From: a virus
Lineage: Duplodnaviria; Caudoviricetes
DNA length: 64,000 nt
IMG/VR virus record: IMGVR_UViG_3300028591_000009
Coordinates: 1 to 64,000 of that record
Reading direction: 5' to 3' (one strand)
Below the pieces are notes generated by a model. That model saw only the letters and a list, made by a program, of their open reading frames with translations. It searched no databases and had not been told where the DNA came from. Of this stretch, positions 1 through 9,647 are shown one piece after another. The translations under genes and the position numbers were made by a program. Position 1 is the first letter of the stretch; each line of letters begins with the position of its first letter.

Positions 1-23
1 AAGAATAAAGAATTTAAACATAT

Positions 24-1532
24 ATGAATAATACTTTACTTAATAATCTCCAGCTGTATCGTGGACGTCGTTTCAGCGACCTGGTAGATGAGAACATGAT
101 TTCTAACGCTCTGCTGACCAAGCCTCACGAGGTATCTGGTCTTCTTTCACTGGTATTCGGTACTAAGGATGATGGTATTTCAACTACCATCGACTTGCTG
201 ACTGGTGGTCTGGGCAAAACAATGATTATCGAGAACCGCGAGTTCGAATGGGCTGTTCAGGTTGATTCTGATCACGCTGTTAACATTCGTTGGGCTAAGT
301 GGAATGGTCAGGAAGTTTCTTACTCTAACTACTCTACTATCACTCCTGGTTTGAACAACACTCCTATCTACCTGGCTCTTGAAGAGCGTTGGTTCGGTCC
401 TGGTGCTGTACTCTCTTTCGATGACTACAAGTTCCAGGTTCGTACAACTGGTCTTCCTTATCAGGATGGTAGCGCTTGGGTATACGAGTGCTATGTAATC
501 GATGGTTCACAGGCTGCTTACATTCCTGGTGAGTTCCTGATGCCTGGTCGTCAGGTAAGCCGTATCGGTTCTGCTTACGAGGAGTACAGCGATGAGGCTG
601 ATATCATCAACTATCAGACCCCATTCAAGATGCGCAATCATCTGCAGAATCTGCGTCTGTCTTACGACATCACCGGTGATGCTTACAGCACTGTACTGGC
701 TATCGCTTTGAAGGATCCCGAGACTGGTAAGAGCTCTTATCTCTGGTCTGACTATCAGTACTGGAAGGCTCTGCGTGAGTGGAAGAAGAGAGAGGAAACC
801 GCTCTGTTGTTCTCTAAGAGCAACCGTCTGAGCGATGGTACTTATATCAACAAGGGTACCAATGGTCGTCCTGTTCCCACAATGTCTGGTCTGTTTGAGC
901 AGATCTCTCCAGCTAACGTTCGCTACTATACTAAGTTGACCGCTGAGCTGTTCGAGGATTATCTGTTCGATCTCTGCTACAACATCCTCGGTACTAACGA
1001 GCGTAAGTTCGTTGCTTTGACCGGTGAGATGGGTATTCGTGAGTTCGATCGTATCCTGAAGGAGAAGGTTGCTTCATTCAACCTGGTTGACAATATTTTC
1101 GTAACTGGTTCTGGTCAGAACTTGACTCTTGGTGGTCAGTTCACTACCTATAAGATGACTAACGGCATCGAGCTCTCTCTGAAGCGTTGTCCTATGTTTG
1201 ACAACATGGAGCTGTTCCGTCAGTTGCATCCTCTGACTGGTAAGCCATTGATGTCTTACACGTTCTTGTTCGTAAACATTAGCAACTTCGACGGACAGTC
1301 TAATATTGTTAAGGTTTGCCGCAAGGGTCGTGAGTTCGTTCAGTGGTACACTGGCGGTTCTGTAGCACCTAACGGTTACGCTAACAGCATTAACACTCTG
1401 CGTTCTAACAGCCGTGATGGTTACCAGGTTCACTTCCTTGGTGAGGTTGGTATCATGGTTCGCAACCCACTGTCTTGTGGTATTCTGTACTGTGACGCTG
1501 AGGATACCGAAATTCAGAACAACGGTATTTGA
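24..1532 (+). CDS. Major capsid protein (crAss-like), 502 aa
   Basis: Intact ORF with strong high-expression codon bias and no TAG; size, sequence character and position at the head of a crAss-type structural block. Confidence 0.9.
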   Translation: MNNTLLNNLQLYRGRRFSDLVDENMISNALLTKPHEVSGLLSLVFGTKDDGISTTIDLLTGGLGKTMIIENREFEWAVQVDSDHAVNIRWAKWNGQEVSYSNYSTITPGLNNTPIYLALEERWFGPGAVLSFDDYKFQVRTTGLPYQDGSAWVYECYVIDGSQAAYIPGEFLMPGRQVSRIGSAYEEYSDEADIINYQTPFKMRNHLQNLRLSYDITGDAYSTVLAIALKDPETGKSSYLWSDYQYWKALREWKKREETALLFSKSNRLSDGTYINKGTNGRPVPTMSGLFEQISPANVRYYTKLTAELFEDYLFDLCYNILGTNERKFVALTGEMGIREFDRILKEKVASFNLVDNIFVTGSGQNLTLGGQFTTYKMTNGIELSLKRCPMFDNMELFRQLHPLTGKPLMSYTFLFVNISNFDGQSNIVKVCRKGREFVQWYTGGSVAPNGYANSINTLRSNSRDGYQVHFLGEVGIMVRNPLSCGILYCDAEDTEIQNNGI

Positions 1533-1549
1533 TAATAAACAATACATCA

Positions 1550-1582
1550 GATCTCTTGGGGGCTTCGGCCCCCATACAGATC
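1550..1582 (+). promoter_or_regulatory. Stable hairpin TGGGGGC-TTCG-GCCCCCA after MCP (mRNA stabiliser or weak terminator)
   Basis: 7-bp stem 1557-1574 with C(UUCG)G tetraloop, flanked by GATCT/AGATC; no U-tract. Confidence 0.6.
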
Positions 1583-1607
1583 GATTTAAACAACTCTAAT
1601 GTAAATT

Positions 1608-2360
1608 ATGGTAGTTGAACTAAAAATTAAAAAGAAGAATCCCTGGATCGGTTTGATTAAGTATAAGAATTGCTTTGATTATATTGCACCATACTATACC
1701 CGCTCTGGGTCGATATATACGGGTCTCACCCCAGAAGATGAGAAATATTTTGAGAAAGCTTTGGGTTACGATGAAGGGCATCTTGCTAAGACATCAGATT
1801 TTTGGCAGACCTTCTGTGTAAAAGTTGGTACGCGTACTTTGCTGTTGGACGATTCAATTCCCCGTCAGGCAATGATTATTAAGTTCCTTAGTGGTCATAA
1901 GCGCGTTGCTACTTCATTAGATAAGCTGGACGCTGGTAAAGATTATCTGTTGATCAATCGTGAAGCAGAAGCAGTAGAACAGAACAAGCAGAATAAGCTG
2001 CGTAGAGATGCTATTAAAGAATTTGATAAGCTGTCACTCGATCAGATGCGTCAGTGCTTGCGTTTGTTTGGTATGTCTGCAGATCGTATGTCAAATGAAC
2101 TCGTAGAATCTACATTGTTTGGATTGGTTGATAAGCAGCCTAAGAAGTTCTTTGATAAGTGGGTTAACAATAAGTCTAAGGATACAGAGTACATGATTGA
2201 GCAGGCTATTGCTAAAGGTGTTATTCGTAAAGAGAAGACTAACTACTTCTACGGAACAGACCTGTTTGCTACTACTCTGGACGAAGCTATTGCTTATCTG
2301 GATAATAAGAAGAATCAAGACCTGAAGCTCGCAATCATTAACGAAACACAAAATAAGTGA
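1608..2360 (+). CDS. Conserved crAss-like protein downstream of MCP, 250 aa
   Basis: Intact ORF, biased codon usage, no TAG, syntenic position after MCP. Confidence 0.8.
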   Translation: MVVELKIKKKNPWIGLIKYKNCFDYIAPYYTRSGSIYTGLTPEDEKYFEKALGYDEGHLAKTSDFWQTFCVKVGTRTLLLDDSIPRQAMIIKFLSGHKRVATSLDKLDAGKDYLLINREAEAVEQNKQNKLRRDAIKEFDKLSLDQMRQCLRLFGMSADRMSNELVESTLFGLVDKQPKKFFDKWVNNKSKDTEYMIEQAIAKGVIRKEKTNYFYGTDLFATTLDEAIAYLDNKKNQDLKLAIINETQNK

Positions 2361-2379
2361 TCTAACGATCAAATGAGAT

Positions 2380-3039
2380 ATGACGCATGATAATGTAAAA
2401 ATTAAGTTCCTGATAGAGTATGACAAGGCAAATGTTACTTCGTCATATCCATCGTTAACAGACTACGAAATCGCAACGATTTTAGACAAAGCTTATTTAG
2501 CGCTAATAGCCAGGAAATTTACAGGCAACAATACTAGAAGAATACCGTTCGAATATGATATTAAATCTATAGAGGATTTAAGACCATTAATTAAAACTGC
2601 AACGTTAGCTTCTTCTAACACTCAACCGATATCGCCAAACGAGAAGGTATATAAATTACAGCCAGATCATCTATATTTTATAGAAGGACATGTAAAGTAT
2701 ACGAACGAATACAAACAAGTCGCAGAAATAGTAAGTCATAAAATAGCTGAAAAGTTTAGAAGTACAGACAGCAATCTTCCTTGGGTTAAGCGTCCCGTAG
2801 TATTTTTGGAAGGTGACGAAGCACACATACTTGTTGACGAATACAAACGTGATGACGTTGAATCGTTCACAACTACTTATATTGGTGAGCCTGCAAGTTT
2901 TATAGGTTTTAGTGGAAACTTCGAATTGTCAGATACAATGGCAGAGGAGTTGATTAGCCTAGCTATAACATTCGCACTTGAGAATGTAGAGTCTTCTAGA
3001 TTACAAACCAAAATATCAACATTACCGCTTGAAGGATGA
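2380..3039 (+). CDS. Tail ring / head-tail connector protein, 219 aa
   Basis: Intact ORF; resembles the paralogous ring proteins that follow (FEYDIKSIEDLRPL vs YEQNEKRTRDLIKL; C-terminal ENVESSRLQ vs ENQQDQRYQ). Confidence 0.7.
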   Translation: MTHDNVKIKFLIEYDKANVTSSYPSLTDYEIATILDKAYLALIARKFTGNNTRRIPFEYDIKSIEDLRPLIKTATLASSNTQPISPNEKVYKLQPDHLYFIEGHVKYTNEYKQVAEIVSHKIAEKFRSTDSNLPWVKRPVVFLEGDEAHILVDEYKRDDVESFTTTYIGEPASFIGFSGNFELSDTMAEELISLAITFALENVESSRLQTKISTLPLEG

Positions 3040-3752
3040 GTTTAGATGAAACAAGACAGCTTGGTATAGAGTTTGAGCGTAGAGTACAAACCATGATACC
3101 CGAGACCGAGATGATCTCAAAGCTAGACACAGAAACAATATACTCTTTTTTGAATCAGTATCAGGATAAGTTTATTCACGATATATACAAAGTGTTGGAC
3201 AATATCCCTTCTCCATCTAAAACATCAGCTTATGTTGAACGTATTATACAAGGTTTGCTGACATCGTATAGATAGAACAACGTAACAACGGAGAATAACA
3301 GCTATTCTATAACACTTCCAGGAAACTTTGGTTTGTACGTAGATAGTTATACCCACGTAAGCGATACATATTCATATAAATCAGAAGGACCTAACAGTGG
3401 AGTTATTCCTAACACACTAGTATCTAAATCAAAGGCGTAGGAGCTAATTACAAGGCCGTAGGACGCGTTTCGCATCATGAGGTAGCCAATTGCCTACCTT
3501 GACGATAACAACGCTCTGAGAGTGTTTTATGACCGTTATACGCAGCCTACAGATTTTGTAATGTCGTACTACAAAACACCTAGATATATGGACTTGTTTA
3601 CTGGTATGGCGTGTGAACTTCCTACAGAAGCTTTTGACGATCTTGTCACAGGTGCTGTAGATTTGTATGTATAGTATGTAGCTGGTGCTGAAGCTAGAAA
3701 ACGTTAGATGCAAGAACAACAGTAGAAACAAAATAAGAAGGAGGAACAATAA
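3036..3752 (+). CDS. Tail ring protein, 238 aa with TAG=Gln
   Basis: Frame continues through 7 TAG codons to TAA at 3750-3752, which overlaps the next ATG (TAATG); C-terminus reads KRQMQEQQQKQNKKEEQ. Confidence 0.8.
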
Positions 3753-4441
3753 TGATAGGAGTAGATATATTAGCTTCATTTGAGCTTGAAATAAATAAGC
3801 TTAACAATACATTAGAGAAGCCTCTAACCGACGATTCTTTATATTGGATCAATCAAGCTGCTGTTAAATTTGCCAAAGATCGCTTTAATGGAAATGCTCC
3901 GAAACGAACGTCCTATGAACAAAATGAGAAGAGGACCAGAGACTTAATTAAGCTGCTCCGTGAACAGGTATATACAGACATCCCAACTATTGCAGAACAT
4001 GCTAATTATGATGAATATGAATTTGAATATCCATCTGAGATGATGTTTGTTCTTAATGAGGATGTGGTTATATCTGATACAAACGACGATCATCTAATGG
4101 ATACTTGTGTATTCGAATGCACTGCTGATAACTTTATGTATAGAATAAACAATTCTCTTACAGACTTTCATTACCGTTATCACAGAGCAAGACCGTTGCG
4201 AATAAGAACAAAAGACGGGTTTAGGCTTCTTACAGACAAGAAGTATAAAATCAATAAATATACTCTGGGTTACCTTAAGGTCCCAGAAGAAATAACAAAC
4301 GATAATCCGTTGAAAGATTATACGGATTTCGAAAATCACACTTGGTTAGAAATAGTTAAGATAGCCGCTCAAATGTATATCGAAAATCAGCAAGATCAGA
4401 GATATTAGACTATTACAAACGAAGTTCTAACACAAGAATAA
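3752..4441 (+). CDS. Tail ring protein, 229 aa with TAG=Gln
   Basis: One TAG at 4406-4408; frame ends RYQTITNEVLTQE-TAA(4439-4441); paralogous to 2380..3039. Confidence 0.8.
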
Positions 4442-4518
4442 TTTTTAACGTGGAAACCCCAGCTAGTTAGGTCTAGCCATAGAAATAGAGGGGGAGTAGA
4501 AAAAAATTAAATTAAATT

Positions 4519-5679
4519 ATGGTAAATTATGTAAATACTGTGCTCGTTAGCAACAAGACCTATTCAAATGCTGGCGACACCTTGTTCGTACCTGCTGCAG
4601 GTAATAACTATAAGCCTTCAACTTCAGATGCAGGTAAGTTTATTATCATGAATTGTGATCCTAATCTCAATTCAAATGGTCAGAAGTTGTATGACGTAAG
4701 TGCTTCTAACGCAGGTTCTATTCAGACTATTAAGGTTGGTTATATCACTAACAAGTCTATGACTCTGCGTAAGCCTGATGGTACTACCGCTCAGGAGCCA
4801 ATCATCAAGTGGTCTAACGAGATTAAGGCTGCTGACATCAAGAGCTACACTTATACTGCATACGCTGCAGATACTGAGGATGTTGCTAACATCAACTTCC
4901 GTAGCCTTGACGCAAGTCTTGTAGGAAGTGGTAAGACATTGTCTACTGCAGGTAAGCGTATTATTGTTCGCTTGACTTTTAAGGATATGCCTCATCGTTA
5001 TCGCAAGTGGACTGAGAGTTACGAGTACATCACTAAGGATGGCGATACTGTTAACTCTATTGTTAGAGGTATTGTTAGCATGATCAACAATGATTGGAAG
5101 CGTGCTCGTGTAGTTGCTTCTCTTGGTACCGCTTCTGCTGGTACTAATACTGGCGATCCAGATACTATTGCAGCTACCGCTGCTGGCTCTGAAGCTGGTG
5201 CCAACACTGTCATTTTGACAGCTATGCCTTATGATGACGATAACAGTGTAGATTCTTTGAACTGGGCCAACAAGGTTCGTTTCAACGCCAACATCTACTA
5301 CACAGATCCTGCTGCTGAGGGTTGGGAGTCTTTGAACAAGCACTTCCCCATTGGTGTACAGATCACCAAGACTCCTGGTAAGACTCACGTTGCTTCAGCT
5401 AAGCTGGTTCGTGATCGTGAAGCTTGGGGCATGGGTTATCAGGGCATCCTGAATCGTGGTGAAGGCACTTGGCCAATCATCAAGCCTGAGATGGTTACCG
5501 AGCTCGACAAGCACTACAACGCTATTACTCTCGAGTTCGAGAATATGTATCGTGCTGCCGACGATATTCAGCGTAAGACAAAGCAGAACCTTGAGGTCTA
5601 TGCAGTTGATGCTACTGAGATCAAGGCTGTTCTTGATGCTTTCGTTGCAGGCACTCAGCAGGATGAGATTGTTGACTGA
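4519..5679 (+). CDS. Abundant virion protein, probably auxiliary capsid protein, 386 aa
   Basis: Same codon bias as MCP, no TAG, followed by a terminator; position matches the crAss auxiliary capsid gene. Confidence 0.65.
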   Translation: MVNYVNTVLVSNKTYSNAGDTLFVPAAGNNYKPSTSDAGKFIIMNCDPNLNSNGQKLYDVSASNAGSIQTIKVGYITNKSMTLRKPDGTTAQEPIIKWSNEIKAADIKSYTYTAYAADTEDVANINFRSLDASLVGSGKTLSTAGKRIIVRLTFKDMPHRYRKWTESYEYITKDGDTVNSIVRGIVSMINNDWKRARVVASLGTASAGTNTGDPDTIAATAAGSEAGANTVILTAMPYDDDNSVDSLNWANKVRFNANIYYTDPAAEGWESLNKHFPIGVQITKTPGKTHVASAKLVRDREAWGMGYQGILNRGEGTWPIIKPEMVTELDKHYNAITLEFENMYRAADDIQRKTKQNLEVYAVDATEIKAVLDAFVAGTQQDEIVD

Positions 5680-5695
5680 TTAGTACTAACGATAT

Positions 5696-5736
5696 AAGCT
5701 AGGGGTGGGGCACTGCCCTGCTTCTAGCTTTTTTAT
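5696..5736 (+). terminator. Rho-independent terminator
   Basis: AAGCTAG...GGG-CACTG-CCC...CTAGCTT hairpin followed by a T-run. Confidence 0.8.
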
Positions 5737-5747
5737 TATAACAGCTT

Positions 5748-6650
5748 ATGTAGAAAATAAGAATTGGAAACGACATAAGACTTGCTGTAGAACTTCGTTA
5801 GTATATTAGTGGCAATAAAGTCCAAGAGCGTCAGGTATATAATCCCAATGATTCTAACTTCGAAAGTCTAGATAATAACCCATTTGTTAACTGGGGGGAA
5901 GTATATCCAGGACAGGAACAAGAAGGAGAATCTACAGACGTTAATGCTGGAACAAACTCTGTATGTATAAGAAGTGTAAAGGCTATACTTATAAACGAAA
6001 CTCTTAAGGAAAAACGTGAGAAGGATCTTAAGAATAAGAGTCGCTTCGTATCACGCTTCCCAATGGAGCCGCTTACGAGAGCTTTTGCTTCTTCTCCATA
6101 TAATATCCACAATAGTGGATATCCTTCATGGAAAGCGTATCCAAAAAATCATATGTTTGCTACGTACCATGGATTTGGAGTAAATCCTGATTGGGATAGT
6201 ATATACAGAAATGTTCCAATGAGAAACGATATTGAATACTTGGCAAATGTTGCTGCTACTGATAAATAGAGTGTTGTAGAAGTAATGTTCCCAGCAGAAC
6301 ATCAGCTTCATACAGGTGTATACTCATTGATTATCGTAGCAAAGGTATATGCTCCCGGATTTAATAGTCACAATCTTAAAACTTATACAATAGACGTACC
6401 TAACGTATTCGAACTTGTCAGCACATCTGCAGAGGGTATCGACTCAGACATGTATGTTGATGTTACTGCATTGATGGACAAGTTGCCAGAAGATGTAGTA
6501 TATACTCCAGATGTAACTGACGTATTCGTGAGACAAGGTTGGGCTTCTACTGAAGGTGGGGATGATATCCTTAACCTTAACAGAACTGACGATTCTACGG
6601 TACAAGTAAATCTAAATAGTATCACAGGTTGGTACAACGAGGAGGACTGA
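5748..6650 (+). CDS. Structural protein (tail hub-like), 300 aa with TAG=Gln
   Basis: ATG TAG AAA ATA AGA ATT GGA AAC GAC = MQKIRIGND; joins track ORFs 6063 and 6285 in one frame; ends TGA. Confidence 0.75.
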
Positions 6651-6652
6651 TC

Positions 6653-6940
6653 ATGGAAAGGTGGAAAGATATTACTTAGTATGCTACGGCTGTAGCCGCA
6701 TTTGCTAGTGGTGTAACTCTGGCATTCATACAGTATTTTGACACTGGTGATCTGACTAACGGAGTGTTAGGTTATGTTGCTCAAGTATTAGTATATGCTG
6801 CTGGTATTTTTGGAGTAACAATGTATTGGAATGGCAAATATCGCGAGACAATGAACATGATGGATGCCAGATATAGTAAATTAGAAAAAGCATTGTATGA
6901 TAGGAACGACGCTAACGTGGTTAGTAGTCAATCGAAATAA
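6653..6940 (+). CDS. Putative holin, 95 aa with TAG=Gln (absent from ORF track)
   Basis: MERWKDITQYATAVAAFASGVTLAFIQYF...GVLGYVAQVLVYAAGIFGVTMYW...; two hydrophobic helices and a charged C-terminus; TAG at codon 9. Confidence 0.7.
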
Positions 6941-7544
6941 GCTCGTAAAGTCCGTTTTAGGCGTCGCTGTGGCGATTTTGTTGTCTTGGGGAATGATTCT
7001 CCACAAACAAAACAAAAACCTGTCAGAAAGCCTAGAAAGGGCTTAGAATAACATTGAGGCCTATTAGGGCTCCCTAGCGGGGTCCTAGTAGGCTAATAAT
7101 GTTTTAAGGCTTACCGTTGACGAACTACAAACACAAAATGATATACTCGTGCACAAAGTCGATAGTGTTAGAGAAAAACTTAAGATTAAATCTAAACAAC
7201 TTAAGACCGCTGCAACTTAGAGTTAGAGTATAAACGTTAATTAGAGTAAAGAGATAAGAGATACTTTATATAGAGATAATATATATAAAGACTCTATTAA
7301 GTTTAATGATTTAACTACTGTGTCTTACTGTATTGGTAAAGATAGTATAAACATAGGGTTAAATATAAATAATCAACAGTATTTGTATGTATTTAATGAT
7401 AGGCACTACAAGAACAAAAAGAGTTTCTTGAAGCGCTTATTTACTTTTGACTTTAAGAAAGTAACTACTACAAAATATAAGATAGAGAATACTAATGATC
7501 TAATACAAACAGATAGTGTTAGAGTCATAGAAATAAATAAGTAA
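6897..7544 (+). CDS. Spanin-like membrane-anchored coiled-coil protein, 215 aa with TAG=Gln
   Basis: N-terminal TM helix (VLGVAVAILLSWGMIL), coiled coil, beta-rich C-terminus; overlaps the holin; 7 TAG codons. Confidence 0.6.
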
Positions 7545-7545
7545 A

Positions 7546-8295
7546 ATGGCGAAGATTTCATTGAAAACAATAACCGATGATATACTTCTCCTTGTACGTA
7601 ATAACAACATTAGTGAAAGCGAAGATCTCTCTAGAGCCTAGATACATGCTTGGGTAAAAGCATATCGTCATAGACTGTGGAAAGAAGAAAAGGATCGTAG
7701 AAAGCAGCAGGCTTTGTTTGGTCAGCTGATGTGGGAAGATCTCGTCGACGATGAATATGTTCGCAAAATTGAATCTGGTCCTATGAAGTTGGTACCGGTT
7801 GATTCAAATGACGATAGTCCTACGTTTACAAAAGTAACTGAAGATGCTCTAGAGAACGTTCTAAACAATAGCGAAGTAGGTATCTTGGCTATACACGACG
7901 AGAACGGAGAGAACATTCAGTATATGAATCACATACGCAGACACTATAATTACTGGAGAAAGTACACATTTGGAGAACTGACAGCTTTCTATAAAGCTGA
8001 CGTAGAAGATAGCAATAAAGGTCATATTTATGTTCAAGGTCTTGCAGACGAAGGACAACTTGAATATATCTACGTACTATGGTTGAAGGAGCTTGATGAA
8101 GATGCTGATGACAACAACAACGATGATGATCCAGACGAAGAGGATATAAAGATCCCAGCTTGGATGGTTCCTCATATCAAAGAGTTGATTATGAAGAACG
8201 AGTTAGCATTCATGCTCAACAGACCTAGTGACGATAGCAACAATGCTACGTTGGCAAGCGTAAAGCCGCACGGACCACAGGATGATGAAGAATAA
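7546..8295 (+). CDS. Tail ring protein, 249 aa with TAG=Gln
   Basis: MAKISLKTITDDILLLVRNNNISESEDLSRA(Q)IHAW in frame with track ORF 7714; acidic loop near the C-terminus. Confidence 0.75.
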
Positions 8296-8728
8296 ACAGT
8301 CCGTTACATTTAGGGACATGTATAAGACAATGCCAATAGAGGTCGATTACGGCCTCTATAAGCGTATATTAGAGGAGATGTGTAAAGTTATACTAGAACA
8401 CGTCTTAGAGCGCTCAGAGGGCTTTAAAATGCCTCTAGGGCTAGGCTTTATCCAAATAGGAAAGTATAGACCTAAGACATTGTCACCAGAATCCCTATCT
8501 GTAGATTATAAAGCTAGTAAAGAATACGACAAACGTATATACCACCTCAACGAACATTCGGATGGGTATAAATATAGATTATACTGGTCTAAGATACCCA
8601 GAACGTTCCCTGATAGATACAAGTATCAGTTGAGTATGGTAAGAAAAAATAAACGAAGACTAGCACAGTTAATATTTAATAAACAAGACTATTTAGATAT
8701 AAATGATATACAATTATACAAAGTGTGA
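8282..8728 (+). CDS. IHF/HU-like DNA-binding protein, 148 aa
   Basis: Basic protein with helix pair followed by FKMPLGLGFIQI; position matches the crAss IHF-like gene. Confidence 0.65.
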   Translation: MMKNKQSVTFRDMYKTMPIEVDYGLYKRILEEMCKVILEHVLERSEGFKMPLGLGFIQIGKYRPKTLSPESLSVDYKASKEYDKRIYHLNEHSDGYKYRLYWSKIPRTFPDRYKYQLSMVRKNKRRLAQLIFNKQDYLDINDIQLYKV

Positions 8729-9647
8729 ATCAGTCATTGCTAAAATTATGGCTGATTTGGATTCTACTGAAGTTAGGAATAGAATATCCGACATCAGAGA
8801 ATGGATATTTGAAGCCGTAGACAAGATTGGTGCTCCTATGTAGTATATCAGAAAAGAATCTGGAGCGGACGATGTTCCGGTATTTCAAATACACGACAAT
8901 CAAATACCATTGCCTTCAGATCTAGTACATTTGGACGGAGTTGCTTATTCTAATGGACCTAAAGGACCTTGGGTTCCTATGTAGCCAACTACATCTATAT
9001 TCAGAGAACCTAAACACAAACACCATCCAAAAGGAATGGTTGTAAGCACACCGCAGCATGACGAAGAGAATTATGCCATAGACGATAGGGTTGAGTTTAT
9101 ACAGGAACATCAACCGATGGCGCATAAGATGATTACTTCATAGTCACAGCTGTATGGAATAAACACCACTAAATATTTGAATAGAATATTCGGCGATAAG
9201 ATACACGAAAAGCCTGAATATTTTATTAAGCCTGGTTGGCTTGTTGTAAATAAACCCAAAGGGTTTGTAAAACTCTCATATAAAGCTATTGCTACAGATG
9301 AAAGAGGTTATCCACTGATACCAGATCTTACTTCTTATCAAGAAGCTATATACTGGTATGTTGTAATGAAGCTTACGTTCCCTAAATTCATGATGGGTAA
9401 GTTGTCAAATACAAATTCTAAATATGCAGCTAAATACGCAAGTCAGACTTATTTCTATACTTAGCAACAGTGGAACTTCTACAGAAATCAAGCATATGCG
9501 GAAGCTATGATGCCTACTGCAGGAGATATGGAGAATATAAAGAACGAATGGAATCGATTGTTGCCTGAGATGGACTTCGATAAACAGTTCTTTAAAGATA
9601 TAAGTGACGAATAGACTATATACTCAGATTACTACAATGGTTATTAA
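8703..9647 (+). CDS. Tail tubular / ring protein, 314 aa with TAG=Gln
   Basis: MIYNYTKCESVIAKIMADLD...EWIFEAVDKIGAPM(Q); continuous frame to TAA 9645-9647. Confidence 0.8.

Noticed and set aside
1074-5388. Long antisense ORFs (1074..1547, 4672..5388) and similar shadow ORFs elsewhere
   Set aside because: Expected by-products of codon bias in the sense genes; no protein-like motifs
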